Below, piece by piece: positions 26,696 to 39,420 of a DNA stretch of 64,000 nt. This DNA comes from Amphiscolops sp. MND2022 (taxonomy: Eukaryota). The stretch covers positions 46,376,001 to 46,440,000 of the forward strand of contig OZ076413.1 of NCBI GenBank assembly GCA_964187785.1, in the 5' to 3' direction. A program made the position numbers and the translations under genes. The notes under the pieces are model-generated. The model was not told the DNA's origin, did no database searches, and saw only the letters and a list, made by a program, of their open reading frames with translations. How positions within the stretch are numbered: the first letter of the stretch is position 1; every line of letters begins with the position of its first letter.

Positions 26696-27109
26696 TGTTT
26701 CGGGGTAGCTTTCAAGCTACAACGGGCGACTCAAGAAAGAGTTCGAACTACGAAGATTGAAGGAACTCAAAGATAGGTTGTTGACTGGTTATTGGGAAAC
26801 ACAAACGGCACTTACACCCCGGGGGCAACAAAAAGGTTTCAGCAAGTTGTTTATATACGTTTACATTATTGAGCATTTGATCGGTGAGTAAGTGAACATC
26901 AATCGGTAAAGTTAATAAATGAGAAATGAGCATCATTACGGTCAAATAATTAGGTCAACCGAAGTGAATTATACAAAAACGATAAATTAACAAAAAGAAA
27001 CGCCTCCACGGTTTCGAACTCGCACAGTTTGGTACGAAACCAAAGACTGAACTCCTATGCTTAGTGGACTACTTTTTTCACGAAATCATTCTGATGTCAT
27101 ACGGCATCA
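26696..27109 (-). repeat. BEL 3' LTR
   Basis: Homologous to 32963-33467 (about 80% by eye, with indels); PPT-like ggccggcggga is adjacent on the minus strand. Confidence 0.85.
27000..27072 (-). ncRNA. tRNA-like sequence within the BEL 3' LTR
   Basis: Minus strand AAGCATAGGAGTTCAG..TTTGG tttcgta CCAAA..GAGTTCGAAACC: anticodon-like arm (TCG) plus B box. Acceptor stem is poor. Confidence 0.6.
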
Positions 27110-27249
27110 TCCCGCCGGCCACGAACCAGCTTCAATGAATATATAGTTAGCACACGTGCTAATACAGTTTGCAATAATATAATTAGCTAGCACTAGTGAT
27201 AGTACAAATTGTCGAACGACATGAGTTTGAGAGTAAAGTGGAAACAATA

Positions 27250-27325
27250 TTGTTTGTGCTCCGGGGATTTGAACTCCGGATCTTCCGATGAGGTATTATT
27301 GAATTTAGCACCGCACCATCGTCAT
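27250..27325 (-). mobile_element. Second tRNA-like / SINE-like segment in the BEL 3' untranslated region
   Basis: Minus strand GGAGTTCAAATCCCCGG B box with a degenerate upstream A box. Confidence 0.35.
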
Positions 27326-27429
27326 ACATAAGGGGATTGAGTATACTTTGGGACTTTGGGCTGGGTGTGTGCGGCTGCAGTTAAAAAATTAAAATGTTTC
27401 TCGCTTCCCCCGTTCATTCCCCAGTGAGG

Positions 27430-30400
27430 AAGGAATCCAGATCTGAGCAAGGTTCCCCTAGGAAATCGGAACCTACTTGCCAGAGCGAGGCAGGAGTGGG
27501 ACGTCGTGACCTAGTATCAGTTGCATCACTTGACTAATACTCCACTGCAGTGGTGGAATGCCATCGTCTGTGATCAGTACCATGTCATCAACTGAGAGGC
27601 TCTTGCCGCCATTTGTCTCGAGGCTGAAGTGATGGTACATACTCGGAAGACCATCGCTTACAGAATTGAGAGAATAGCTTTTGAAAACTGCGAAATTGTT
27701 TTATTGGAAGCTCACGGGCATCAATCTTTTGCAATCTGCTGTGGAATAGCTGTGGGATAGCATCCAATCGGGTGTCATTGACTACTATTGAAAAAATGAT
27801 CGCAAAGATGTCATTTGGGTTGTTTGTGAAGGCAATCAGTGGACGATTGTTCAATACGTGTTCTATTTGAAACAGAATGCTTGTCATCTCCTCGTTGTTC
27901 AGAATGGAATTGCACCTTACCTTTAGCAAGTGGTGCTGCATTGACTTCGCCGCTGCTTCCCATAGTCCGTCGAAATTGAGCGAATGAGGCGGAATGAAGA
28001 GCCATTCAATGCTGCAGTATGTTTGTGCGAACCACTTTCTCCAACTCGTTGACGTCATGCCTTGCACCCACGAAGTTTGTTGCATTGTCGGAGACACTTT
28101 CACTGGGAATGCGTCGTCTTGCAATGAGTCGTCTCAGAGGTGCCACCATCGCATCCGACGTCAGTGACGATACTGCTTCTAAATGAACAGCCCTTGATGT
28201 AAAACATACAAAAACAGCCACATAACCCTTTACGCATTCATTTCCATTTTTGAATGTTAGAGGTCGGGCGAAGTCGGGGCCTACACAGGAGAAAGCACGT
28301 TCAGGAACCTCAAGGCGACTGGGAGGCAAATCACCCATGTGCTGCTGTGTTGGCCTTGAGTTGAAGCGGAAGCACGTAAAACTCTTCTTGATGCACGCTG
28401 ACGCATTCTTCATAGACTGAGTGACCCAGATTTGACGTCTCATTTCAGCCACTATAACTGTGACACCACTTTGGAATGTTCGCATGTGGGGCGTCATGGA
28501 TTGCAAGTGTTACCAGTTTGCTTCGCTGTGACACTAGCAAAGGGTACCTCTGATCATTAGTCCTTGAGTATCCGTGGACCAATCTGCCACCGACCTCGAT
28601 GACACCGTTGTCCATGAATGGGTTGATGGACTCACCATTTGAGAGGGCGTTGAACTCGGCTTCAAAGTGTACTATCTCACCTGCTTGGACCGCATACAAG
28701 GCGCAAGCCGTTTCCTGCAAACCAAAGATAGTCTTGAGATCTTTCTCGAATGTGGGCGAAATTACCACTGTCATGGCTTTGACTTTTTGGCGGGCTTCCC
28801 CCTTTGTGGGGAGAGTCTTCGGTTGGTCAGGAAAAAAAGGTCCCAACCACGAAGGTCCTTCAAGCCAGAACTTCTGTTCAGCCACCTACTGGGTTGCTAG
28901 CAATCAGCGTGAGAACAAATCTGCTGGACTTTTCTCTGAGGGTACGTGAATGAATTCAGTTGTTGGGAATATAGACTGAATTTGAGACACGCGATTTGAC
29001 CAAACGTATGCCATCGAGCGGGGACTGCCTTGATCCACGAGTGGGAGATTGTTGAGACTGAACACAGCACAGAGATGTTCAATACGTAATTTGATTTTGA
29101 TAGTGCCCCCTTGACCACTGTTGCAAGTTTCGCACCAGTGTGGATTGCTAGAAGCTCGAGTCGAGGGAGAGTTGAGAGCTTGATTGGAGCCCTTTTGCAT
29201 TTGGAGGAAAGAGCATTGGTGAGACTATGTCATCATTGACTGACACCAGGTAGACACAAGCACCATATGCCTTTTGAGAAGCATCACAGAAGTCTTTCAA
29301 GGATGCTTCATTGTACAAGTGTGATGGAAGCCTCTTCCTGGGTATCTTGAGCTGTGACAGCGAGCCCATGTCATACTTCCAGCTTGTGTATTCCCGTGAA
29401 TTATCATCCAGACACATCGTCCACTTGAGATCCAGCTTCCAGCACGACTGAATGACGACCTTGGATAGTACGAGAACTGGAGTACACCATGCATACACAA
29501 ACTGATCTTCTAGAGGATGCCACATCAGTCCACGGGATTTGATTTGGTGGGATTTGTCGTTGATTTCGTAGGCTTTGCTATCTTCTTGAAGGTCTTTCGG
29601 AAGACGAGTGACCAGTTAGGGTTCGTTGCTGCTACACTTGGGTAGTGGGAGACAGTTCTTGTTGAAGGTTTCAATCAGATCGTCTTGAAGCACGCAAGCT
29701 TCCTCCAGTGTATCAGCTCCACTAAGTAGATCGTCAACCCACAAGTCATTGAGAATCATATTCGCTGTGTTGGGATTGTGTCCGTGATTTTTACCACTCT
29801 CCTAAAGTGCTCGGGTTGAATTGTAGGAGGAGCCTGCAACAACATACGTCACACGAGTCATGCGCAATTCTCAGATTTTGTCTGTAATGTAGTCACGCCA
29901 CAGAATGCGATGGGAGTCCCGATCTGCTTCCTCTAGAGCTACTTTCCGGTACTAGCATCGAACACGACTCGGAACTTGGTCGTCATACTATCCTTGAACG
30001 CACAGTGATTTTTGTAAGTAGTAACACAAACCTGACGTCTTATGCGCTCGACCAAGATGACCCATGTCCACAATTTCCTTGATGAAATCAAGATACTGCT
30101 GCTTCACATTATCGTGATCCTTGACTTTTTGCTGCTTGGCGAAACAAGGACAATTGTTGCTTGGCTGTTTGAAAATTGTCCGAAAGACGTCCCTCAGACT
30201 TGAAAGGAAGACGAACCGTGTTGCGGCTATCATCAACAAACGTCGTTGTATCGTAATGCTCTACCAATTTTCTTTGGACATCGGCCTCACTCGAGGAGTC
30301 TCGTCAACATCCCAGAAGCGAGCAAGGACCAGGTCCAGTGCATCTTGAAAACATTGACATTGGTAGGCACGCACTTGGGCCAACACTCCAGTGACCATCC

Positions 30401-31992
30401 ACTTGAAAATATTTTGACGACAGTGAAGCCCATGAGCCATATTCCTTTCGTCCAGAAAGAGATCCTCGTACACATCCGCTCCAAACAACGATTGAACGAG
30501 GCCAGGTTGTTAATTTAGGTGTTGACTTTAATTGTTTCAAGTTAATGGACAAAAAAGTTTAATTACCTGCGATTGAGTTCAGCACTAGTGCTGGTACTAG
30601 CAGTTTTTGAGGACCAATCACATGATTGACTGACTCCTTTGTTTCTTCCCCCGTCCACCAAAATCTGAGATCTTCCCATCAACTGTTGAACGGGCGATGT
30701 TGAGTTTTGATGCTGCATCCGCTGTGATGAAGGATGTTGGAGTCCAGCAGGGCTCGAAACATCAATGTCTTTCCTGCTGCATCATCTATGCCAACCATTG
30801 CTGTTGAAAGAAGCACATAAGGACCACTGAATGTTGCACCACTTGTCACACCACTTTGCTGCTCGACTGGACGATCAAAGTGCAGTGATGTGTGATGCCT
30901 CCGGTTGCAAGTGCGGCAGCTGAACAACGACTCTCAGCCACGAAATGCCCTTCCAGGCAGTTCATGCACAGTTTGAGCTTCCTCGCCACAGCCTTCTTCT
31001 CACGTGTGCCCAAATGCTTGTAGCAATCACACTGGAAGATTGAATGCGACCCACCGCATTCTTTCAACTGACAACTGGTTGAGTGCTTAAAGGTTGAGGG
31101 GTAGGCTTCTTGATGCATCTTCTTAGGAGTCGTTTTGCGGGTAGAAAACTCAGGCTGGTCACCACTGGAATCCAATGCGTGGCTTCGTCTATCCATGAAT
31201 TAGGTTAACTCCTTGAATGTTAACACATCTGTGCCGTGATGAGCCGATTCAAATTGCTTCCTTGATTCAGCACCTAGTTTCTTCAGCAGCCAGTACACTA
31301 GTATTGCATCCCATTGATTGACAGGAAGTCTCAATGCTTCTAGCGCTTGCACCTGTTCGTTCGTCGATTCCAATAACCTTCACAGCTCGACACGTGACTC
31401 CCCCTTTTTGGCTGGTCGGGCATGAATTGCAGCTAAGTGCGCCTTCACAATCGAACGCTTGTTGTTGTAGCGCTCCTCTATTTCTCGCTTCGCAAGGTTG
31501 TAGTTTGCATCACTGACCAACAGTGGCGAAAATATCTGAGATGCATCACCCTTCAGTGACAATTTGAGGTATGATAGCTTCTCAACGCTGGCCATGCCAA
31601 CTTTGCTGTCAACCAGTGTTGTGAATTGGTCCCAGAAAGAGACCCACTGTGTTTTCACAGCTGAAGGAAGGAAGGGTCAGCTTCGGGAGCTTCGTGGTCA
31701 GACTGCCACTTAATGGAGCCGCTGCGCCGCTCATGCTTGGAGGCTGCAACTCCTTGATCTTGTCCTGAAACCACTTCACAGCCCTCCCTTTCTGCTGCCA
31801 CGAACACGTCAGCAGCTTCCTCCACATCGGCTACTAACTCATCCTCGTCTTCAATGAGTTGTTGAACCTGAGAATACAACATTGTCAGCATCTTGCGACA
31901 ATCAATCAGGAACTCCAATGTGGCTTGGAAATCCTGAAGCGCTCCACCGTCTTGCCGGATTTCTGTTGCCCGTCTCACGAAGACGCCGCGAT
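27430..31992 (-). pseudogene. BEL gag-pol polyprotein relic
   Basis: KLPKLTLPSF and WVSFWDQFTTLVDSK (BEL gag); three Cys/His knuckles (CGGSHSIFQC, CMNCLEGH, CRTCNRRHHTSLH); FGADVYEDLF; RT WVDDLLSGAD; DFCDASQKAYGACVYL (Pao RNase H); WLEGPSWL; DFARPL, SDNATNFVGA and GLWEAAAKS (integrase); FCKRWSSEYVPSL. Many frameshifts. Confidence 0.92.
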
Positions 31993-32858
31993 CACTAGAG
32001 TGCATAGGCAAGCTAAATTTGCTCAAATCACAATTTTGTGCTTTCAATACCTCAGATTCCACGACCATATCTTAAACCGTGCAAAATTGGCAAATTACGT
32101 CATAGGTCCCGGATTCCACAAATTTGGTCGCGGATTCTAGTAACAAATGCTTAGCTGTACGCACTGTCGGCATGCTGCTTTGTACCGGATTCCACAAAAA
32201 CGTAAGTTTTGCAAAACGAACCAATCAGTCTGCAGAATTCATAAAATTCTTGGATTCCACAACTTTATGCTTGACACGATGCGCGGCATGTCTTCTTGAA
32301 TTAAATGCTTTGAAAAAACATAAATTTATGCACTCTTTTTCGTATATTGATTCAAAATGATTCAAACTACCACCCCATTTTTACACAAATCTTCGTATTT
32401 TCCAAAGTTTTGTACCAGTTTTGAACAAACTGCCAGATCATCACAATCTGCCGTTGTTTGATGGCATGCTGCAATTTTGGTACCTGTCATGAGTATCTGT
32501 ATTCGTACTTTGGGATTTTTCGTGTCAACCAAAACATTTTTACCTCAAATAATATTGATTTAACTTCTGTCAATCAAACAATTTCAGTTGATATAAAACT
32601 GATTTAATATAAGTTCTTCTGCCTTTCCAGTAATCATCCGACGGATCATTCATAATCAGCGGACCAATCAGAGTGCAGCGGTAAAAGCGTCATTATAGCA
32701 GCAGTATTGGCGTGGAATCCAGGACAAGCACTGTCGTGGAATCCAAGACACGCTTAACATCATAGGGAAATTTTGTCCTGGATTCCACGACTTTCGTCAA
32801 TATTCGTGACCTGGGTTCCACGACAAGCAGCAAAATTGCTTGCCTATGCACTGTAACG
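31993..32858. mobile_element. Non-autonomous CACTA-like element, copy 2, inserted in BEL gag
   Basis: Left end CACTAGAGTGCATAGGCAAGC, right end GCTTGCCTATGCACTGTAACG, 2-bp TSD at/at. Same GGATTCCAC motifs and about one satellite unit. Confidence 0.85.
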
Positions 32859-32945
32859 ATGAGGCTCTCTTGTTCGCTTGAGCTGAGGCAGCTTCAGGAC
32901 ACCACCAGAGTCGTCTGAATTTCCTGAACCATCTGCTGTTGACAT
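32859..32945 (-). pseudogene. gag: BEL gag N-terminus (MSTADGSGNSDDSGGVLKLPQLKRTREPH)
   Basis: ATG at 32945-32943. Removing 31993-32858 plus one TSD copy joins it in frame to RGVFVRRATEIRQ. Confidence 0.85.
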
Positions 32946-32961
32946 CACGTCGAAGTCACCA
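32944..32961 (-). promoter_or_regulatory. BEL primer-binding site, tRNA-Trp-like
   Basis: TGGTGACTTCGACGTGAT versus TGGTGACCCCGACGTGAT (complement of the metazoan tRNA-Trp 3' end): 16/18 match, with both differences G:U compatible. Lies 1 nt from the LTR. Confidence 0.8.
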
Positions 32962-32962
32962 A

Positions 32963-33467
32963 TGTTCCAGGGTAGCTCTCAAGTTCGAACTGGGAAGATT
33001 GAAGGAACTCAAAGATAGAGTTCAAACTATTGAGAGTTGGGTCTTGACTCAAGCAAGAGATCTGTATTTGATAACGTTTACTGACGGTGTGTATGAAATA
33101 TAAATGAAGGAAAAAGAGTGAAAATATGAAGACTGGTTGTTGACTGGTTATTGGCAAACACAAATGACACTTACAGCCCGAGGGCAACAAAATAGTTTCA
33201 GCAGGTTCTTTTTATACCTTTACTTTTTTGAGCAAGTGATTGGTGCATCCACGAGCATCAATCGGTAAATATTATGGATGAGAAATGAGCATCATTACGG
33301 TCAAATATTTAGATCAATCGAAGTGAATGATACAGGAAGGTAAAGAAACAAAAAGAAGCGCCTTCACGGATTCGAACTTGCGCAGTTTGGTTCGAAAGCA
33401 AAGACTGAACCACTATGCTATATGGACTATTTATTTTACGAAATCATACTGATGTCATACACCAACA
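32963..33467 (-). repeat. BEL 5' LTR
   Basis: TGTT...AACA ends, adjacent to the PBS, homologous to 26696-27109. Confidence 0.88.
33358..33430 (-). ncRNA. tRNA-like sequence within the BEL 5' LTR
   Basis: Minus strand TAGCATAGTGG (A box), TTTGC tttcgaa CCAAA, and AGTTCGAATCC (B box). Confidence 0.65.
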
Positions 33468-34143
33468 GACTCAAAATACCTCAATTGATACGTTCAATAA
33501 ATGCTAAGTTTTCATGAGAAATAACTTTTCAGAGCCATCAGGTGTATCTAGCACTTTGTGTTTCTAGAACTTGGAGCAATCAGGTGAATGTTGCAATCAG
33601 GTGTATCTATAATAGAGTTTAAGGCAACGTTGTTTCAGTTTTGCACTATGCATTTTTTATGGTGGGCAGTTCTGATGGTCATGCTCCGTGCTGAGTCAGT
33701 ACTTCACCGAGTTTCTCATCTTTTCGTCGTTTCACGGCAGGTCAGAGGGTCACGATATATCCCCTATAAAACCGCATTGCATTGTAACCATAATTTCCAG
33801 ATATTATCCCCCGCTTCATGTCTCCTCGTAGACGGCATTTGGAAAACCCTATTTCACGATGAGACTGTTGTATTTGTTTTGTGACTTGTACTGCGCTTGA
33901 TTAACAGTCGGTATAAAGTGCAGAAAAACTTGAAACTAGTTCTGGGTGTCTTGAGAGGGGTTTAGGAGAGTTTTTTAAAGCCATTACTTCCAGCACAATT
34001 AATTGCATTTTAAGCTAACTGTGTCAAACCTTATCAAAATTAAGATTTTATACTACCTCAAGTCATCGACCTTCTCGAACTGTCCAATCAGAACAGTTCG
34101 TGGTATTTGATCTATGACGAAACGCATTTTTACGACTATCAGA

Positions 34144-35702
34144 CAGGGCTGTTAAGCAAATAATTGTGGGCAACAAAAATTGCAATAGTATTCGTACCAA
34201 TTATTGTGGAAGGCAAAAAATCACCGAAAATTTAAAATATTAATGCAGGAAATTGACAACGTAGTGTGTTGGAGACTCGCGCTAGCCAGGCAGTGTCATG
34301 GCCAGCCAATCAGATTTCAGATGACGCACTAGATGGCCGTGTTCTGATAGCTACATTACTGGTTGATTGTGTTGCAGATAGACATGCCGCTGAGCAGTAA
34401 GGCTTTGTACGATTACTTTTTCCAACCCGTCGCTGAAAAGGTCCATCATCAACAGTGTCAAAAATGCAATAAAGTTCAAAAACAAAACCTGGCGCATGGC
34501 TACGGCAACTTGATCAGCCATTTACGCGACGAGCATGCAAATCACGAAAAAGAGGCGAGAGTCGATGCCCAAAACAAGTTTCAGCTAACATTTACAGTCA
34601 CGAAGAAAGCGTCCAACATATTTTCGTGGCTACGTTGGATTACCCTAAAGGGACTGCCGTTTTCGTTCGTTGAGGATAATTTAACTGCTGAATACACAAA
34701 GTTGAAATCTATTACTCTGCAGACATTCGTTACATACTTAGAGAAGTAAACACCGTTAGTTGAAAGACAGATAGCAGCTAATCTACCAGATATGTTCGGT
34801 CTTGTGTTCGATGGTTGGACAGATTTTGGCACGTCAACACACTATTTTGCCATCTTTGCGTGTTATCCGAAACAGACTGCGTTGCTGGCATTTTCTCCTC
34901 TTGGCGATGAGTAAAAATATGACGCGTCTACTCATGCACAATTCATTGAAGTTACTCTTGCATTGTATCAGAAATCAATTGCAAATGTTGCTTTTTTCGT
35001 AGTGGATAACGAAAATCTGAACAAGGCAATCGCCAACTTTGAGTCTGTGTCCAAAGAGCTGCTGAAAGATACGTCAAATAAAATTAATTCACGCCTCTTG
35101 TTTGGCAAACTTCGGCAAGGTCATCCAAATCTCCAGCAATATTTAAGCAGAGACGGTGAAATTTTCCACTCTCCGGTATTCGAAACTGCTATCAGCAAAT
35201 ACCAAAGCAAAGAAGGACTTTCTCCAGCTGCGCCAAGCTTACGTCAGGAAAGATTTGCTCCAAATTCCCAATTATCATCTGACTCCGAAGCAAGTACTTC
35301 TTTTGCAGAACGACTTTTGGCTGCGAAAGTTCCAAAATTTACCGACGGAGAGTTTGGAGACTTGTACTGGATTCCAACGACCTGAAATGTTGCCGAGCGT
35401 TTTTTTCAGTCAGGCGAAATGCTATCTCAACTCTTATCGGAAGTCAATTTTGCTTTTACATCTTGAGTCCCAGCTTTTTCTCATGGCAAATGAGAAGTTT
35501 TGGGATGTAAATTTGGTTAACAAAATTGTTTAATTCGATAGCTTTTGCGTTTTTAGAAAGTTTATAGTTTGACAAATTTCTTTTACATTTCACTAGCAAT
35601 ATATTGCAATTATTGCACTTCTCGTGCAGGACCGCTTTTTCTCCAACCCTTATATTATTCCCGAAGAAATATTATATTGCAACACAATACTTACCAGCCC
35701 TA
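34144..35702 (+). mobile_element. Internally deleted hAT DNA transposon
   Basis: TIR (C/T)AGGGCTG(T/G)TAAG(C/T)A; 8-bp TSD ctatcaga/ctgtcaga (7/8 match). Confidence 0.88.
34363..35533 (+). pseudogene. hAT transposase relic
   Basis: BED finger CQKC...GYGNLISHLRDEH, WITLKGLPFSFVE, catalytic LVFDGW (~34802-34819), and C-terminal WIPTT*NVAERFFSQAK...LESQLFLMANEKFWD. Confidence 0.88.
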
Positions 35703-38579
35703 CTGTCAGAGTCTCAAAAAGGCTTCTAGTGCTGTTTATAGGACTAACGAACGAAGAACATCTAAATCGTTAACAGAACTGAGCTTTGAAAAACTTCAGA
35801 TCGTCCCATGTGTTTTATAATTAATCATAATTTGCTCAACAGAGACCTAAATAAGTCAACTAAACGTATTTTTCTCATTGTAAGCAAACTTTCTTAGCTA
35901 TTTTGAATTACTCCAGGTCCACCAATTAATTCGAATGAAAAGCTGATTCTAAAACAACGTCATGAGTTGTTACGATAATGTGATTAATAGTCGCTGGTAA
36001 AAAATCAATTCTTCTCTGGGTTACCAAACCTAGTCTTTAGTTAACAAACCTAGTTTAATTTAGAGAGAACGAATCAAGTGGAGTGTAGCAAGCTCGCAAA
36101 AAAAGCATTTTCAACACTGCACACAATGAAGCTAATAAAGTTGTTCATATATCCAATGTTTGTGAAGCTGCTTCTATAATTAAACAAATGGTAAATCTTT
36201 TTATATTTCTCTATAAGCCCTGGGGAGTAAATTCATTTATATCTTTTTGAAAGGTCTTCAAAAGGTTTTTCTCTTGGATATTTCTAGGCAACTTTTTGAT
36301 GTTCTATCTAGGTTGTTTTTTTTCTGGTGTGGTAGTAGAGTTGTTGAGCGAGTAGTAAAGATGTAACAATTCTGTCACACTCTGATCATGTTTTTCCATG
36401 CAATGGACTCCGTTCTGCCGACTGAATTGCCAGTATCCGTTAAAAAGTTTTCCTTTTCTAGGAAAAAAAATAACAAGCAAAGTGAAAAACAAGGAGGGCT
36501 GTTTCTCTGAAATTATAAGAATTCAAGATTTGGCTTTTCAGGTTTAATCTATTACGTATATGATACACGACGACATGATAATCATCATTAAAAGCTATCT
36601 TTTTTCCCTTTAACAGAAAGACCCTTTTATTACCACGTTCAAGGAACCTGATTTTTAGTACGTGTTTCAAAATAACTAGGACGGTGCATCTGTACTTGCG
36701 GAAGCTCTTGATTACAAGACGCCCGCTGAGCAGCGAGATATTTTCCGCCCCGAACTGTTCTACAACTACATAAATTTGAGGCTCAAGAATAGCCAATGCT
36801 CTATAAAAACGCTAATAAGTTCGAAGAAAAGAAAGCTTTGATTCATCTTTGCCCATTTTTGAAGGAAACACCTAATTTTTTAATTCTGCGACAGCTGCCA
36901 AGTTTTCGTTTTTTTTCGGTACTATATACTATACGACTTACCGAATAAAAAGTAATTTTTCATCATTTCGAAAAACAATTTTCGAAAAACATATTTCGCA
37001 ATTTTTAATTTTTGATGTTTTCTGTAAAGGAAATAAGTTTCCGGAGTTTTGAGAGTGACTTCTTTGTTACTTTTGATCATGTGGAACTGATGATACTCTT
37101 TCCCTGTTGACTGTTTTCAACATTCCAATCCACGAACTCTTAAAAACATTTGACAAAAATTGCATAAAAACTTTGAAAATTGGAAAATTTTGGGTTATTT
37201 GCCTTTTTCGATGACAATTTCAGATATTTTTAATTTAGAAAACAGCTTTTATCTCTTCGGAAAAATACCTCATTACAGTTTTTTCGGCTCTGTGCGTCTT
37301 TCCGAAACTTTCATTTGGTCGAAAGGTACCCCCTTGATTTCATTGTTAATTTCGGCATGAGAAAGGTACTTTTTGAGCTGAAACTTGTTTCGCCATCATA
37401 GGACCTCACAAAAAAATCAAAAAATGGCTTTTTGTGATTCTGTTGGGCAAAACATTGACTTTCGGTTGGGAAACAAATCGGTTTCCGATTCTCAGGCGTA
37501 TTTCTTGGGTTAATTTTTGGCACTGAGAAGTAGGTAAAAGCTTGAAACTGGGTCATTGTCAAGTTTAGAAAACCTGAACCGTCCCAGATTGTTATATTAT
37601 TGCACATAGTTCCACCAGAAGTGTCAAATATAGGATTAAATTGAGGAACTTTTCTAACATGAATCTACAGATGTCTCATCACAAATAAGCCTACTGGACA
37701 CCGTGTTTCGTTGTTATTAAAGGCCTAGATCATTCTAACTCGCTCTAATACATCAAAAAGTTTCCTTTGGAAGGTGTAGTCCATATCCAGTGATTTTGTT
37801 TGGAGCTTATTGAATATTAAATATTTGACAAAGAAGTCGAATTTTACGAGTTCAAGTAAAGTTTGTGAAAGTTGTGCGAAATAACCTGTCTGATATCTTT
37901 TCGAAACACTATCGGTAGCCAAACGTAGCCACCCTGAGCCTATGCGTTTTCTGATTGAATTAAATGTTCGAAACGGGTCCAAAATTGGGACTATATTGTC
38001 GAAAAATGATAAAAATCGGAAATTTTGACACCTTTGTTGTAAACTCGACAATCTTCGTGCTACTTTTCTTCAGAAATCGCATTTTGAATACCCCAGTTTT
38101 TCAACGCTCTGTTCAGTGGAAGTATTATTCTACGAAAACAATCGTGGTTAGTACAAAAACTGGGAATATTCTGTCAAACAACCTGCTGTTTTGTTGTTTC
38201 ATGGATTTTGGGGTGCTTTGATACCCATTCTAAAGTAAATGCAACTATATCTTCAAAATTGCACACTGAATACCAGAATTAGTCATAGTTGAATGTTTAA
38301 AACCATTTGATGCAAGTAAGTAGCTCAAAAGTTGTACAAAAAATGTCTAAAAGTAAAAAGTTTTGAAAATTCACAGGTTTTGCATTGATTGGTGTTACAC
38401 CGTTACATTCTCCTAAACTGAGCTGACTTGCCTTCAACACTACAGTGTTTAGCACTTCAAACGAAGACCTAGTCGATTCGTTTGCAACGATTTTAAGGAT
38501 GCTGTACAACTGTTCTTGGTTCAGGCTATGGTAGGGTGTCCACGAGGTAAACATATTGGTGTAGTCTCGCTAAAACATT

Positions 38580-39420
38580 TTCTGATTAGCTCTCTGTTAT
38601 TGATCGAGAGCTGAGCTGGTTTCCCTTAGTCGTTAGGAGGCCTAACGCAAGACTCTGGATCAGACTCGCCACTGGTGTAAATAGTAATCTGGTGTTAGGG
38701 GGATGCCATAGCTGTAACTAAGGTGGACCGGGTATAAAGGACTGATTCGCGGTCACTGATGGCTGCTAATTCTGTCATGCCATTGGAAACACACATCGTT
38801 GGTGAGGAGTTTGACTTGCCTGTAGACACCGGGTAACGTGGACAGTTTCCCGTGTTAGTATTGATAGCAGGATGCTCTAGTGCAGGAGCAAATTGGAATT
38901 CGTATGAAACCTCACTAGCACAAGCTTGGTTCTCTTCATGACTGGTATCCAGATTGAAATCATGGAGTGGATGAATCTTGAGCGAAGTTGCTAGGGGTCG
39001 TCATGTCAATGCCAGTAGATGTTTCAGGCTTCGCGAACAACCTAAGTTCTTCGCTTTCGCTATGTTTGACCTGTTCATGCCCTTCAAGTATAGTTGTACC
39101 GTCATCCTCCTTTCCATGGCTCCCAACTTCGGAGTAATGGAAGCGCCACAACTTTGGACCGAGCCACTACTGTTAAAGGAAAATCCGCCTCTCCTGTGAA
39201 TTTCTGAGAAGACGAATGATGTCTCAACATCTGGCTCAGCCTTAACAAAAATAGCAGGAAAAGGAGTAGCTGTGACCTCAAGTGGTTCAGGACTTGACAG
39301 TGTAATCTCAAAAACTTCAAAATCTTCACTCGGGGGAAGTACTCCGTTGCTCAACTGAATCCAAGTTTACTGGGCTGGTATCCATGGTTTCACAAGATGT
39401 CTCAACTGGTTGGCCAGTTA
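38580..39420 (-). pseudogene. Decayed coding-like segment of unknown origin
   Basis: Higher GC than its flanks, with overlapping long frames rich in S/T/P/E broken by a few stops. No family motif recognised. Confidence 0.25.

Larger units (their letters stand above)
26696..33467 (-). mobile_element. BEL/Pao LTR retrotransposon, old and degenerate
   Basis: Diverged LTRs at 26696-27109 and 32963-33467; outer ends TGTT...AACA; 5-bp TSD GACTC (26691-26695 and 33468-33472); PBS; gag-PR-RT-RH-IN relics. Confidence 0.92.

Noticed and set aside
29715-29755. BEL RT motif reads WVDD rather than YVDD
   Set aside because: The element is heavily decayed, so a single-copy substitution is uninformative.
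33358-33430. Functional tRNA-Arg gene
   Set aside because: The acceptor stem does not pair well and the sequence sits in an LTR, so it is kept as tRNA-like only.
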